A DNA stretch of 64,000 nucleotides from Basidiobolus meristosporus CBS 931.73 (Eukaryota; Fungi; Basidiobolomycota). Below the pieces are notes generated by a model, which saw only the letters and a list, made by a program, of their open reading frames with translations, did not search any database and had not been told where the DNA came from. The DNA lies in contig MCFE01000024.1 in the NCBI GenBank assembly GCA_002104905.1, positions 167,501 to 231,500 of the forward strand, given 5' to 3'. Shown here one piece after another: positions 12,180 to 24,000 of the stretch. Both the position numbers and the translations under genes were made by a program. The first letter of the stretch is position 1. Every line of letters begins with the position of its first letter.

Positions 12180-13660
12180 CACACCAAGAGGATTTAGCAC
12201 TTTGTCAAGAGCAGTGCTCAAGAAAATACATATGAATATTGCAAGGATTTATTGCAAAGACATGCAGATGAGTGCTTTATATAAATCTTACTTTAGGGCT
12301 AATATTTAAATATAGTGCCAGATAGTACCAGTGGACCAACATAGTGCCATGCATTTTTCTGACATATTAAAACCTACAGGAGCTAGATTCACAGTGCCAT
12401 GTGTGTTGAGTACCAGGTGCATATCTTCAATCCTTTTGTGCTCTTACACATCATGCACCACTTTGATCCCAAAAAAAAAGGTTAAAAAATGGATTTTCTG
12501 CAGTACAATGGGTGAAACACAGGGGCTGCCTTGCATGAGGATGCAGAGCTATGTTTCAGACTCTGTGGCCAAGTATGGGCTCACTTGGCCATCCTGGCAC
12601 ACTATGGTATCATTTGGCACTCATTGCTCAATATGGCACTATCCAATGGAACAAGTCCATTGGCTAATACTGACAGGGTTCTGGGGTGAGGCATGGTAGA
12701 GGTGCCAAGATAGAAATATACTACAAAATAGACCGGAATATACCATGGTGATATGCCAGGGGTCATCATATCTTGTGACTAGGCTATGTGACATGGAATT
12801 TTCATCTATGGTTTTTAACCACATAAATTTCAATGGGAATCTTTAATAGAATGTTACATGGTATAACATTGACTTGGAGCTTTCAATAAGCTGCTGGAAT
12901 GTAGTAGAGCCTTCTAGAAGGAACTAGGATTTTGTCACCAATTTGATTTAGCCAGATCATGAAATGTCAATAATGTCATGTGATCATGGCAATATGTATG
13001 CATGTAAAGCAAGAGAATTGGTTGAGTCAGAAAGTATGGAGTGTAGCCAATCAATGTACACAAACATAGGAGGTGGTGGAGTGTCTGGAATCAGAAAGTG
13101 GGAGAATTGGCAGAGAACCATTCAAAGCCACTTGTATGTTGTTGTGATGAAAACATTCCAACTAAGTTTTTGTGAAATATAGGGTGCAATTGTTTTTCAA
13201 CAGTCTTCCCACAGTGTCCTGACAGGATCAATACCTCTTTGTCACAAGACTTTAATCTTGTGATGGCCTTCTGATGGGATCCTCACAATTATTTCTTATG
13301 GAGCATAGTTCTACACCTTCATGCAAAGTCACCCTTGTGGTTCACCCACTGTGCTGGAGAAAGTCCATGTTTTGACCTTTTTTGGGGATCAATGTTGTGC
13401 ATGATTTGTAGGAGCATAGAACTACTGAAGGGATCTATTTAGTACGCAATACTCATGGCACTCTGAATTTAGCTCCAGAAGCTTGTAACATATCACAAAA
13501 ATGCATGGCACTATCTTGGTCTACAGGTACTATCAGGCATTATAAGTGCTATGTATAAGTTTTACTTTATAATTGATTAATTAAACAAGTCTATTGGCTG
13601 AGTGGTGAAATATATTTTGCAGATATTCAAGAGGTATTCTTAGCTCAAGTGATGACAACC
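12180..13660. repeat. Imperfect inverted repeat (arms ~12180-12560 and ~13300-13660) made of two homologous decayed ORFs
   Basis: 12350-12540 is the reverse complement of 13320-13530 at roughly 70% identity; both encode a related stop-interrupted peptide. Confidence 0.7.
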
Positions 13661-16600
13661 AAGTATACACTTACCAGATGCATATGTAACCAGTAATACA
13701 AGGCATATAGCAAGTCTGCAATTATTGCACTGAAAAGCCATAAAGTTGATGTAAAAGAAGTGTGTCAATTGCTACATGTGTGCATTCATATAAAGGTCAG
13801 TAAGCAGGAGGCCATTGTTTTTTTTATTCAGGCACTATGTGTAATACATATGGTGGTAGTGGGTGGCCAATAGGGAGGCACAAGTATACAGTGGAATATA
13901 AGTATAGCATAAGAGGAGGTGAAATAATGAAACACCATCTGTTATACCTGTATGATGGTATTGCATGTGATCTGCATTGGATCATTACACTTCAGTGATA
14001 AAGCCATTGGAGGTCTACCTAAAGGCTGTGAAACAAGTGTCACAGCTATTATCATACAAGGCAATTATATGCATTGGCTGGTTAGGCCCTGTCAGATAAA
14101 CAAGGCTGTGTTAGGACTGCTATAAAGCCATCACTATATCTTTATGATCCCACCATTGCACTGCAAAGAGGGTCAAGAATCTCAAGCTGCTGGCATTATA
14201 ATATGGCTAGGGAGGACCAAAGTGCAGATATGTAAAGTATTGGCAGCTTGAGCCACTTATCAACTTTTCTTGTTATGAATACCCAATGTTTTGGTCAAAA
14301 TACCGAAGTAAATCTCAGGAAGGAGTTTGGCCAGAATTCTCTGATATTCATAGCTATAATCTAAGTGACTAAGGTGAATGTTTATCTGTAATTATATAGC
14401 TTGCCAAATTAATAAAGTATCTCAGTGTGGGAGTAGAGCAATCATTTAGTTATCTTAAAGTATTTGGCATTTTGAGTGACAAACATGCAGGGCAGAATAA
14501 GTTAAGCAGTACAGAGGCTTTTTGATGCTTGGTATATCCAGATGCAAATATACCCCTAGGGAAATGTGTCTGGAGCACTATGAAGTGTAAATAAGGTAAA
14601 TATAATACTGCTCTCAGCATCATAAGTATCAATGAGCAAAAATACCAGTAAATGTATTCTGCCACTGGCATTGGGATAAGATATGCTGTGACAGATAGGA
14701 CCATAGGGTGCCAGTTTGATCATGTAATATAGGGTGACTGCCACTATGTGGCACTATCCTGCAGCACAAGTCTATTAAGCAAAATACCTATTGTAGAATC
14801 TTGTAACAGCAGTACACATACAAAAGTGTTACTGCACTACTTCATGAGTAATACTCCCAAAATGCACAGGCATATTGCCAGGAGTTATTACAATGGCAGG
14901 CAAATCATGTGCTAGACCCTCACTCAGCCAGAAGATCAGGATATACCAGTATTTGTGTATAAACAATGGCACAAAGTTGTAAAATTCTTAGCAAAGGGAT
15001 GGTAGAGGAACATTAAGCCAAAGACATAAGATGAATGCTTGATATTGATGTAGCTGTTTGCAGATAGGGAGTCTGAAATCCGCACTAATATGAGTCATAG
15101 AGGCTTGTATAAGTAAGTTCAAGCCAGGGCTGAGGTATGTTGGGACTACAATGGAAATAAATCAATCAGTACGCAGCAAAAGTATGAGCACCACTCAAGT
15201 CAGTGAGTACATAGTATGGCAAAGAGGCGATAGCCAATTTCGAGATAGCCTTTGGATAGTATTATCCAAAGCATCTTTCTTAGGAGAATAGCAGTCTACA
15301 AAGTCAGAGTGTTGTGATAGTCACCAAGTAATACATCTGTAATAGTTTTTCTAGGGAATACACGGGTTCAAATTTTGAATAAATAGCTAGATCATTAGTC
15401 TTGCTTAGAGTATTCTTTTCATGCATGTTCTGGGGTGTTACTGTCTAGTTGGTTGATGCTATTATGAATCTAACTTCCAACATACCAAGAATCATGAATA
15501 AACCCTAATAACTTCAGATTTTGTGGATTACTTACTGGAGCCCATTTTAAGCACGCCTGACAAGATCTCTATGTGTATGCTTTAATAATGGTAACTCTAT
15601 TGATATTAGGCTACCTGCAGCACAAAACACCAGCGATCGGAAGTACAGTGACCACTGATGCATACCATCATGCCCCGTATGATTTCCGTGATGGATCTTT
15701 GGGAATAATAGACCAAAGCCTAAATCAGTTTCCAGTGACAGAGCAAACCAGTTTACAGTAGCGAGAGTTTTGTGTTGTTGCTCAGGAGTGACTGCGGAGC
15801 CAGACTGCCGGGATTGAAAGCCCATACATTGGGATTGATATCGCGACATAGGTCCTTCAGAACTTAGATTGCACACTTCTCTTGCTTGTATTACCAGATT
15901 TTTCATCTTGTCTCCCCTTGATATCACATACATATTACAAAAGTAGACTCTGTACCCTACCGAACCGGACAGAAAACCGGTGGCTATGTTTCATATTCTG
16001 CCATCCATGGGTATAACAAACCCCATCAGACTCAACACCGACTCAAAAGGCGATGTAAGTATCGGTTATACTTTGCAAGACGATTCATCCAGCATCAATG
16101 GGAGAGAAAAGAGAGGGACGACCATATGCAGCACCATAAGTCATGATATTGAGCCAAGATTGTACCAGTGGTATATCGTAAGTAGTTTGTCACAACACTA
16201 TCCATGCAATTTGGCTCCTGATAGAGCAAGTGCCTCGCTTCTGAGATGACATAAAGTCTACTGAACTTTGTTTAAACCTTACTATTGGGTGGACACGGAT
16301 GTCCCCCAATGGGGAGCAAACATCCACTGCCAAACCATCATCCACCATGTGGGCGTCATGGTTGTACTAGTGGACTTCATGCAACCAATTTGCCTGAGAT
16401 TAGTGAGCATCTGGGTTGTGACTAGCTCGCTACAAAGCTCGCTGCAAGCCAATTCGATTTCGCCCAGAATAGCTAGGCGTACGCGCGTCTATAACCTGTT
16501 CCTTCGAACCGATACATCACCACCGTAGGAGTAGTGGCACCTGTACTCTCCTCCAGGCTGGATGGGTGCATACTGTGTTCCTTAAAAAAACTTCGCCAGC

Positions 16601-19600
16601 ATTCAGCTGAACATGGTGGACGAAAATCTACCCAGAAGGACGTATCGAACCTGATCATCCGCCCACGTGTGTAGATGCAATCCAGCTTGGAATGCTCCAG
16701 TAAGATTGCCACTTGCCATTAGGTGATTTCGTGATTGCGTGAGGGTTTGCTTGTTGTCCATTGCATGGTTGTGTAAGGCAACTGATAGCGGGGGGAGGAG
16801 GGGCTCCGAGATGTTCAAAGATAATCTATTCAGGTTGACTGCATCAGGCAGGCATCCACCCTAGGTGGTGCCAAAGCCCAGAACGATTGTTGCAAGGGTC
16901 CTACGGTTTTCGATAGCTCCCTTGGTTAAGCTCGCCCTATATGGTGTATTACCATCGGTGATATTGCATCCTCAATGTTCGGTTTGCTAATGGTGATCCA
17001 ACGAAAAGATTTTCGTGGCATACAGCTCAAAATGACTGAGTTCATGCGACAGCCGGTCACAAATCTCCGGTCAGTTTTACAGCAAATTCTAGGCTTTGGA
17101 CCATCTTTTCACGGCATACGGAGTGGACACTGAACTGAGGTGGAGACCTGCCTTATTCGCACTCCATCCCCATCCCTATCACCATCGCATCTGCTGAAAA
17201 GCTACCTCCAACAGCATCCAAATTGGGAAACTAGCCAATCTTTTATTCTGGCCGCCACCCTCATCAATAATATGCCTCCCAGGGCATCCTTTCGGCATGG
17301 TCTGCGGCTGATTAAAGTAGGTACCGTTATCATTCAGGTGAAATGGGAGGGGCCGGCCCAAATCCGCGGTAGATGGTGTCAGTCGATATCACCCTTGCCA
17401 CGTTGTTCCAGCAAGTAAGCATTGTGGATACAGTAACAAAAGTGGGCCGAAGCATAGGCCGATGGGGGTTCGGCTAAAGTGAAAAAGGGTCTTTCTGTAC
17501 TACTTTCCCCACCGCTTCTGAGGCTGCGTGCGGGATCTAGACTGGTCAAGACTAACGGCTACGGATTTCCGATCTTCATTCCATCCCTCTACTGGTTTCG
17601 GCCACGCTTTACCAGAAAGGTTGTTTCAAACGTTTGTGTAATCCTAAATATAGAAATCGCCATCCCGATTCTACGTTTCATATCATCATCTCCATTTCCT
17701 GGGATCCCGCTCGGATCCAAGCGGTGATCAAAGGATGATTTGAACAGCATAATACCGGATTCATTAGCATGGCTACTCAAGGCTCTACGCTTGCCAGTAA
17801 TCGTTTGAAGGCGTAAGGTTTAGGTTAGATAATTCATGTGAAACCAAGGCAATGGCCGCTCTCGACACCTACTGCAAACCGGTTTTCCAGTCAAGAATAC
17901 TCAAGACAGATATCCCTCGCGCGAATACGGGAATATCCACTCGACCTGCGTTCTTGGCCAGCACTCCCTTTTGTTGGGCGGCAGTCGTTCAAGGGGAGCC
18001 TCTCTGGGCTAGTGGTGAGTAAGGTGGTAAAGTTAAGTTGGCTTAGCATTGGGCCCATTTGGTAGATCTGGTACGGTGTAGCTAAAATTGTAGACAAAGT
18101 AAGTCCAGCATACAACCATGTCTCTCATGGCCCAATCGGCATATTGATCACGCACTATGAACAGGAATCCTGAGGCTGATACAATTTTATGAACTGCCTG
18201 GTAGCACACTCTAACTGGATACAATGGTTGTATTACACTGTGTGGTCATCCAGGAGTCTTAGTCGTGGGCATTCATTACACCACTCAACTGCCGTGTGAT
18301 GGCCAGGGCCTTTTTGGCCTGTGCTACTGAAAGCAGATGAGAACATGCAGTTCATTTGTTTTGCATAGAGCGCACTTTGGACCCTGCTGTGTCATGGTCA
18401 GCCGGCTTTTGAGTCGAGAGTAGGCTGTGGGTTGCTTGGCACTAGGCTGATCGTCTAGAATTGCTTTGAAGCCGCGGCTGCACGTCTTTGATGGAGCTTG
18501 GCTACCGCGCCGGTGACAAATAAGCAGGGGAATATGTGCCTGGCTAGCTGCCGCTGGACGTCGACGAATCCAGTAGTTTAGGCGGTTATAATTAGAATTG
18601 CCATTCAATGTTCGAAAATTGACCACTCGGCTGCAGGCTCACCAGACGGATCTTCTAAATCGGAGGAGAATCGTATGTTCTACACGCAGAAGATCTTGAA
18701 GATTTGAAATTAGATCTATCGACTGGCTGATCCCTACCTCAGAATACCCTATAATGCGGAGGTCGCTGATTTGCATGTAGGGCGGCTTGAACGTAAACCT
18801 TGACTCGGTGTGCGCAAGATGATTTGGATGGCAGTTACGCTTTAGGAAGAAGTGCTAATCCTCTGCGACGTCCCCATCTCTTCAGATTTCCCGATACTTG
18901 AAACCATTGAGACGGTGTTTGACTGCATCATCGAGTTGGATTGCGAAAAGCCCTTCGGATCAGACTGATCTTTCGCATCGTTTCATCGGCCCCCTTACCA
19001 TATTCTCTCGCTCTTCCAGACCAACTGCTATTTCAGCGGAAACCTGGGAAATCCGAGTGCACTCATTAGGAAAGAAACATTGATTGAGTTTCAAACGGGC
19101 CTGTCGTATTGGTGAGGGAATCAACCTGGCCATTGGGCTATAAGGAAGTTGTTTGTTGTGAGGGGAGGCTCGGCCTGCTGCTCTGCATTTCAATAGAATA
19201 GAGTCGAGGTGATTCGAGTTTTCATTTCATGTCATGGTACACAAAAAGCCACTCGATACAAATCACTAAATTGCTGCAGCTGCTCTACTGCAAGGCAAGG
19301 TGAAGTACCACCTGTCATATGATCCGATTTGAGGGGCAGGTCTTCACGCTCCTGGTCATACTAACACCGATCAAACAGAGTGACTTTCCTGCCTAAACAT
19401 CGAACGTAATCCTTCCCAAACTGTATTCAGGCCATACGTCACAATCAGAGGATCCCTGCGGAGACACCCAAGCCAAAACCGCCAGGTCCTGTGTTGGAGC
19501 TATGTACTCGGCGGCTCACACAGCATCCCTACGACGGCCATGGACAAGGCACACTTTGCTAACCCGGAGTTCCCCCCCCCCAGGTCTGGCCACCTCCACA

Positions 19601-20526
19601 CACATCCTTTCGTGGCAGTGGGCTGCACATGCACTATTTTCAATATGGGATCCACCAAATCCTGAGCCTTTCCCTCCATCCATGGCCACTTTACGATTGA
19701 TTTGGCAATCAAGGCAGTAGTGTTAGATTCGTTTGCTTAGTGCTATTTGAGCAGTACTCACGCGGCTCATGATTGGGCGGTGCTGATGAAATGATTGGAT
19801 AAATTAGCCAGAGCCAATCGTTGGCGTCAGATGAGTGCATGGAGGTCGTGATCCCCTCCAATCCTAAAGAAAGAGTCGGAATAGCACCGGATCCCTGATC
19901 TCGGATCCCTCAACTGGAAGAAAATCCCAGCACACAAGAGTATCACACCAAGGTTGTTTGGTTGACGTGATCGGTGTAGAGGGCTGCGAGCTTACTCGAT
20001 ATCTCGCAGCGTTCAAAGACAACACTGCAGTCAACACAGCCACCGGCTTGCCGCACACTTGGAGCAGATAGAGCATTGGGCTATGGCAGTGTTAGGCCAC
20101 GCTCGGAAGATCAGCTTAATACATCATCGAAACGTATAAAGCGTTGCTTACGTCAAGATAGCCGGTTTTGGCTAATTACCAGGAAGATCAGTGGGAGTTG
20201 GTTTGTTTTCTTGAGATTTCCACACTTGGGAAAACAATTAGGTGCACACCAAGTCAGTATTCTATTCTATTGATCACAAGCACGATCGGAAAAACAAGGT
20301 TGGCTTGGAAGGGTCTCAATCTATCAGTTAATGAGATAATATAGAATTTAAATTGTTGCCGACGGCTGGCCAATGAACGATTGCACGCCGATGACTCTGA
20401 CCCATCTAGGCTGCTAATACTTAGTATTGGTCGATGTTTTTGTGGCCAATCCGGAGCTGGATGCTTCCTGCTTATCACATCTACTGATCGGAATGGCCAT
20501 TAGCTCAGCAACAACGGTCAATCAGT

Positions 20527-20533
20527 TATAAAA
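20527..20533 (+). promoter_or_regulatory. Putative TATA box of the 20631 gene
   Basis: TATAAAA about 100 bp upstream of the ATG. Confidence 0.45.
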
Positions 20534-20630
20534 AGATCCGTACGTCCTGGCTGCCATGCTCAAAATTCGGATCACTCCATTCCTCACCAGTCACATATTT
20601 CTTTGAGACATCAATCACACAAAACGTGCC

Positions 20631-21041
20631 ATGCCTAATTTCCACAAGTTCCTCGAGTCCCTTATTCACCCAAAGAACCCGACCAAAGCCAAGTCCGAGC
20701 ATTCCGGGTCCAACCTGAAATCGGAAAACAAAGAGTCTCTGCGTGAATTGGAGACCTTCATTTCCCGAGCCACGTTGGAGAACTATTCGGAAGAAGACAA
20801 GTCTTACTTTGCCCGCCTTTCCGGGCTTCTCGACAAAAACTACCACGAGGTGATGGACAAAACCAATGTATCTAGCTATCGAATCACCTCGGACGAAGTG
20901 CACGAGCTGGAGACATTCATCTCACAAGCGTCCTTAGAATCCTACACACAAGAACAGAAGGTGGATTTCGCCCGTTTGGCAGGACTTCTGGACCAGAGTT
21001 ACAAACAATTCATGGATGATTCCCATCTCCTGGCCTGTTGA
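20631..21041 (+). CDS. Small intronless hypothetical protein (136 aa) with a duplicated 38-aa helical core
   Basis: ATG-to-TGA ORF with C-ending codon bias like the other host genes. Residues 39-76 and 92-129 share 24/38 identities, with many synonymous changes, as expected for a coding sequence. Confidence 0.8.
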   Translation: MPNFHKFLESLIHPKNPTKAKSEHSGSNLKSENKESLRELETFISRATLENYSEEDKSYFARLSGLLDKNYHEVMDKTNVSSYRITSDEVHELETFISQASLESYTQEQKVDFARLAGLLDQSYKQFMDDSHLLAC

Positions 21042-24000
21042 ACATATACCTAGAATCCTCTCCACTCAAAACTGTACCTGACCGATGGCATCCGATCCTA
21101 CGCATATCTCCCCGTTTAACATCCAGAATCCCATTGGCGACGTACATTGTGCCATTACCTGCTGTATACTATGCTTATAGAATGTAAATAAGTCTGCTAA
21201 CAAAACCACCATGTCAAGCCAAAAGTTGCATCCAGTGCAACCTGTGAAATTTACTAAACATTCCCTGCGGTCGGGCAAATAAACCACTACCAACATTTCA
21301 TCCATCAATTACTTGTGAATTTTCCATCCGATGAGCCATGGATCCTGAGGCAGACGCAGCCCAAGCGCTGCCGGCTTACAGGATTCTTGTTGAATCAGCT
21401 GGCCACTAACCTCGAATCACAACTGGTATGCATTGATATAAGTCGCCTCGCCATGCTGCGGATTTATATGGAAGGCACCGACATCATCCGCACCATTCAT
21501 TACATGGCATATGGTGTGATGGGCTTGAAACGCCTATCCACACACTTGCTCCTGGAAACTCATGAAGAGGAATGTAATGGAAGCACTGAGGGCCACGCTA
21601 AATTTAGATTCCTCATGGTAAAAGCACTTGTCGATCAATATGATGAAACAACCACGCAACTTTCCCTGACTTCCATATCTGGTCAGAAGTGCCATTCTGA
21701 CGCTATATATATTCCACATTCATATCCTAAGGTCGATCCCATTTGTCCATCGACGGGAATTGCATCATTCTAACACATATCATGCGGTCAAACACGCCAT
21801 TTGCTGTTTATCGATGGTTTTTCTCGATGATTTCAGTGGCCGGGATCGCTCCTTTTTCCTCGAAAAGGACCAAACGGCTGGTGGTCTCTGATGTGGTGAG
21901 TAGATGGGTTCAGATCAAATCGATTCTGCTCGATCATGGAATGAAAACGTGTTGCATCTATAGCAAGCGCATGGTTTCCAAAATAAACAAACTTGCCTAT
22001 CTTGCAAAGGATGTTCAGGTGGGTGGGCGGTGATTTGTTGTTACAAGAAGCGTTCCATGTCTCCCGGTTGACGGTGGATCTATTATATTACCTAACTACT
22101 AGAGTTAGCCAGAAGTGTATTTACATATAGATTGCCGCCATTGTTGACTCAATCTTTGTTTGAGACCAGGGATACTCAACGGATCATAGAGTAGGGGTGG
22201 GTAGCAGAAGGGCAGGTCGCAGTGATTGGAGGGTGGCACCAGGGAGTTCGGGTTGCGTTGGAGTCGTCATGAGCGCCTCTACCACTTGGGGCTGTGCATG
22301 GTGCGCAATTTGATCTTCTCTACACAGCGAGACCCTAATTTCGGTAGTTAGGCTGCGTAATTTCATAGTGTGAAACTGAAAACATCAATTAATGGCCATC
22401 GGAAATACGAATTCCCATTGCAGGAGTTTGTTGATAGACTGGCCCATTTTCCTGGCAACTTGCAACTGGATCATGCTGGAATCGGAAAATCACAGATTGG
22501 GCGGCTGTTGATCTTCATCGCTCATCACCTGCTGCCGAAAGGTCATGTTCCGGCCTTTAAGCCAACCAAAGCGTCTAACCGCCCCTTATGTGATACACGA
22601 GCCAATCATGGTCAAGGTGCTTAGATGGCCGGCAAATCGATCTACCTTATTCTACTTAAGGTAGACGCTTCTTAAGTTTAGCACTAGCCAGCCTCTTTCA
22701 GGCTATCTCGTTTAACTGGCACTCTCCGTAAATAAGAATAAGCCTAATCTCATGCAGATTCAGCAATTGCTGCAAGAGGGTAATTGGTTAGTTTGACTTA
22801 ACTAAACTAGCTGCAGTCCTCTCCCATCTGCCGTTGTCGTGTGGGACGCAAGCAATTCCAAAATGACTTGTGCATCGCCAAGGAAGGATGCTTCAGATGT
22901 AGAGCATGACATCGTATCAAGATGCGCCCCATTGGTTGATCAGCCCGGGTATGATGACAGCTTGACAATGCATATGCGATCGAGTAGTAGCCAAGCATTC
23001 CCCAGCCGAATTCGATCTAAATTGCGGTTTCGTAGGATGAGCCATAGAGCTTCAGCAGTAGCCCCCATCAAGTTGAGCGAATGAACTGCCCAGAGTGGAA
23101 CCAATTAATTATACTGCATGTGGGAATAAGCCAACTTCAATCAATAACAAACATCAGCCGGGAGATCAATTTGCCACTGAAAACCAACCACGCATGATGC
23201 CCCGTATAATTTACCACATGCTGGCCCGTCGGTATCTATTTAGGTGATGCCCTACCAATCTGTCGACATGGGCAAGATGAAAAGCCAGCTGCCAGTAGTA
23301 TCAGTACGCTAAGTTACTGATTCCATCAGATATTCTACCATTTGATTCGCAGCTTTGCTCAGTGTTGAGATCGTATTTGTGGCGTGAAGATGCCGGTGCG
23401 GAGCACAGTGTAGTGTAGATATAGGGGTTGGTGTTTGCGAAGTAATGAGCTAGTTCTCTTACACAAGATATCAGCTCATTGGGATAGTAGAGCACGCGCT
23501 TGGGTAGAGGCTTGGACTCACTATATACAACCAATCAGGAAGGCCTTATCGGGGCATTTCTGTAAGGTGGGTTACAGAAGCAATTGTTACAATGGCCAGC
23601 TTTCTAGATATGTAGGATCAAGATCCTTTGTGGGACTCGTGTCTATGCCTATCGATCGATGGTCTAGTTTTGCCCCCCTAGATCAGGAAATACCGATACA
23701 GTCATGATCACTTCGTTCATGAACAGAGCACAAGGCTGTCGCGATGCTTGGCACAGTGTCGTTGAAGTGACGGTTTTCAAAATGTATTGGGAAATCAAAT
23801 GTCCTCAAAGAGATGCGAATGTACGTGATACCCCTCAGTGGTGGTGGCCAGGTATGGTGTAGAGGCTTGTACTTACGTATTAAGCTGTAGCGGATGCGTA
23901 GACATGGGTCACCATATCTAGCGATTGACATGTATAGTAATCCATCAGCTTGAATCGGAGATTGCTGAAATGGGCAAAATTAATATAAGTGTTTCCGTTT

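Noticed and set aside
1-15500. Neurospora-type RIP as the cause of TE decay
   Set aside because: CpA and TpG are abundant and the missing dinucleotide is CpG.
18640-19190. Protein-like frame (EEVLILCDVPISSDFPILE...) resembling a nucleotidyltransferase
   Set aside because: About 6 stops in 190 codons is near random expectation, and no diagnostic motif is present.
22469-22500. Walker-A-like HAGIGKSQ in ORF 22370-22624
   Set aside because: First Gly is missing and there is no supporting NTPase context.
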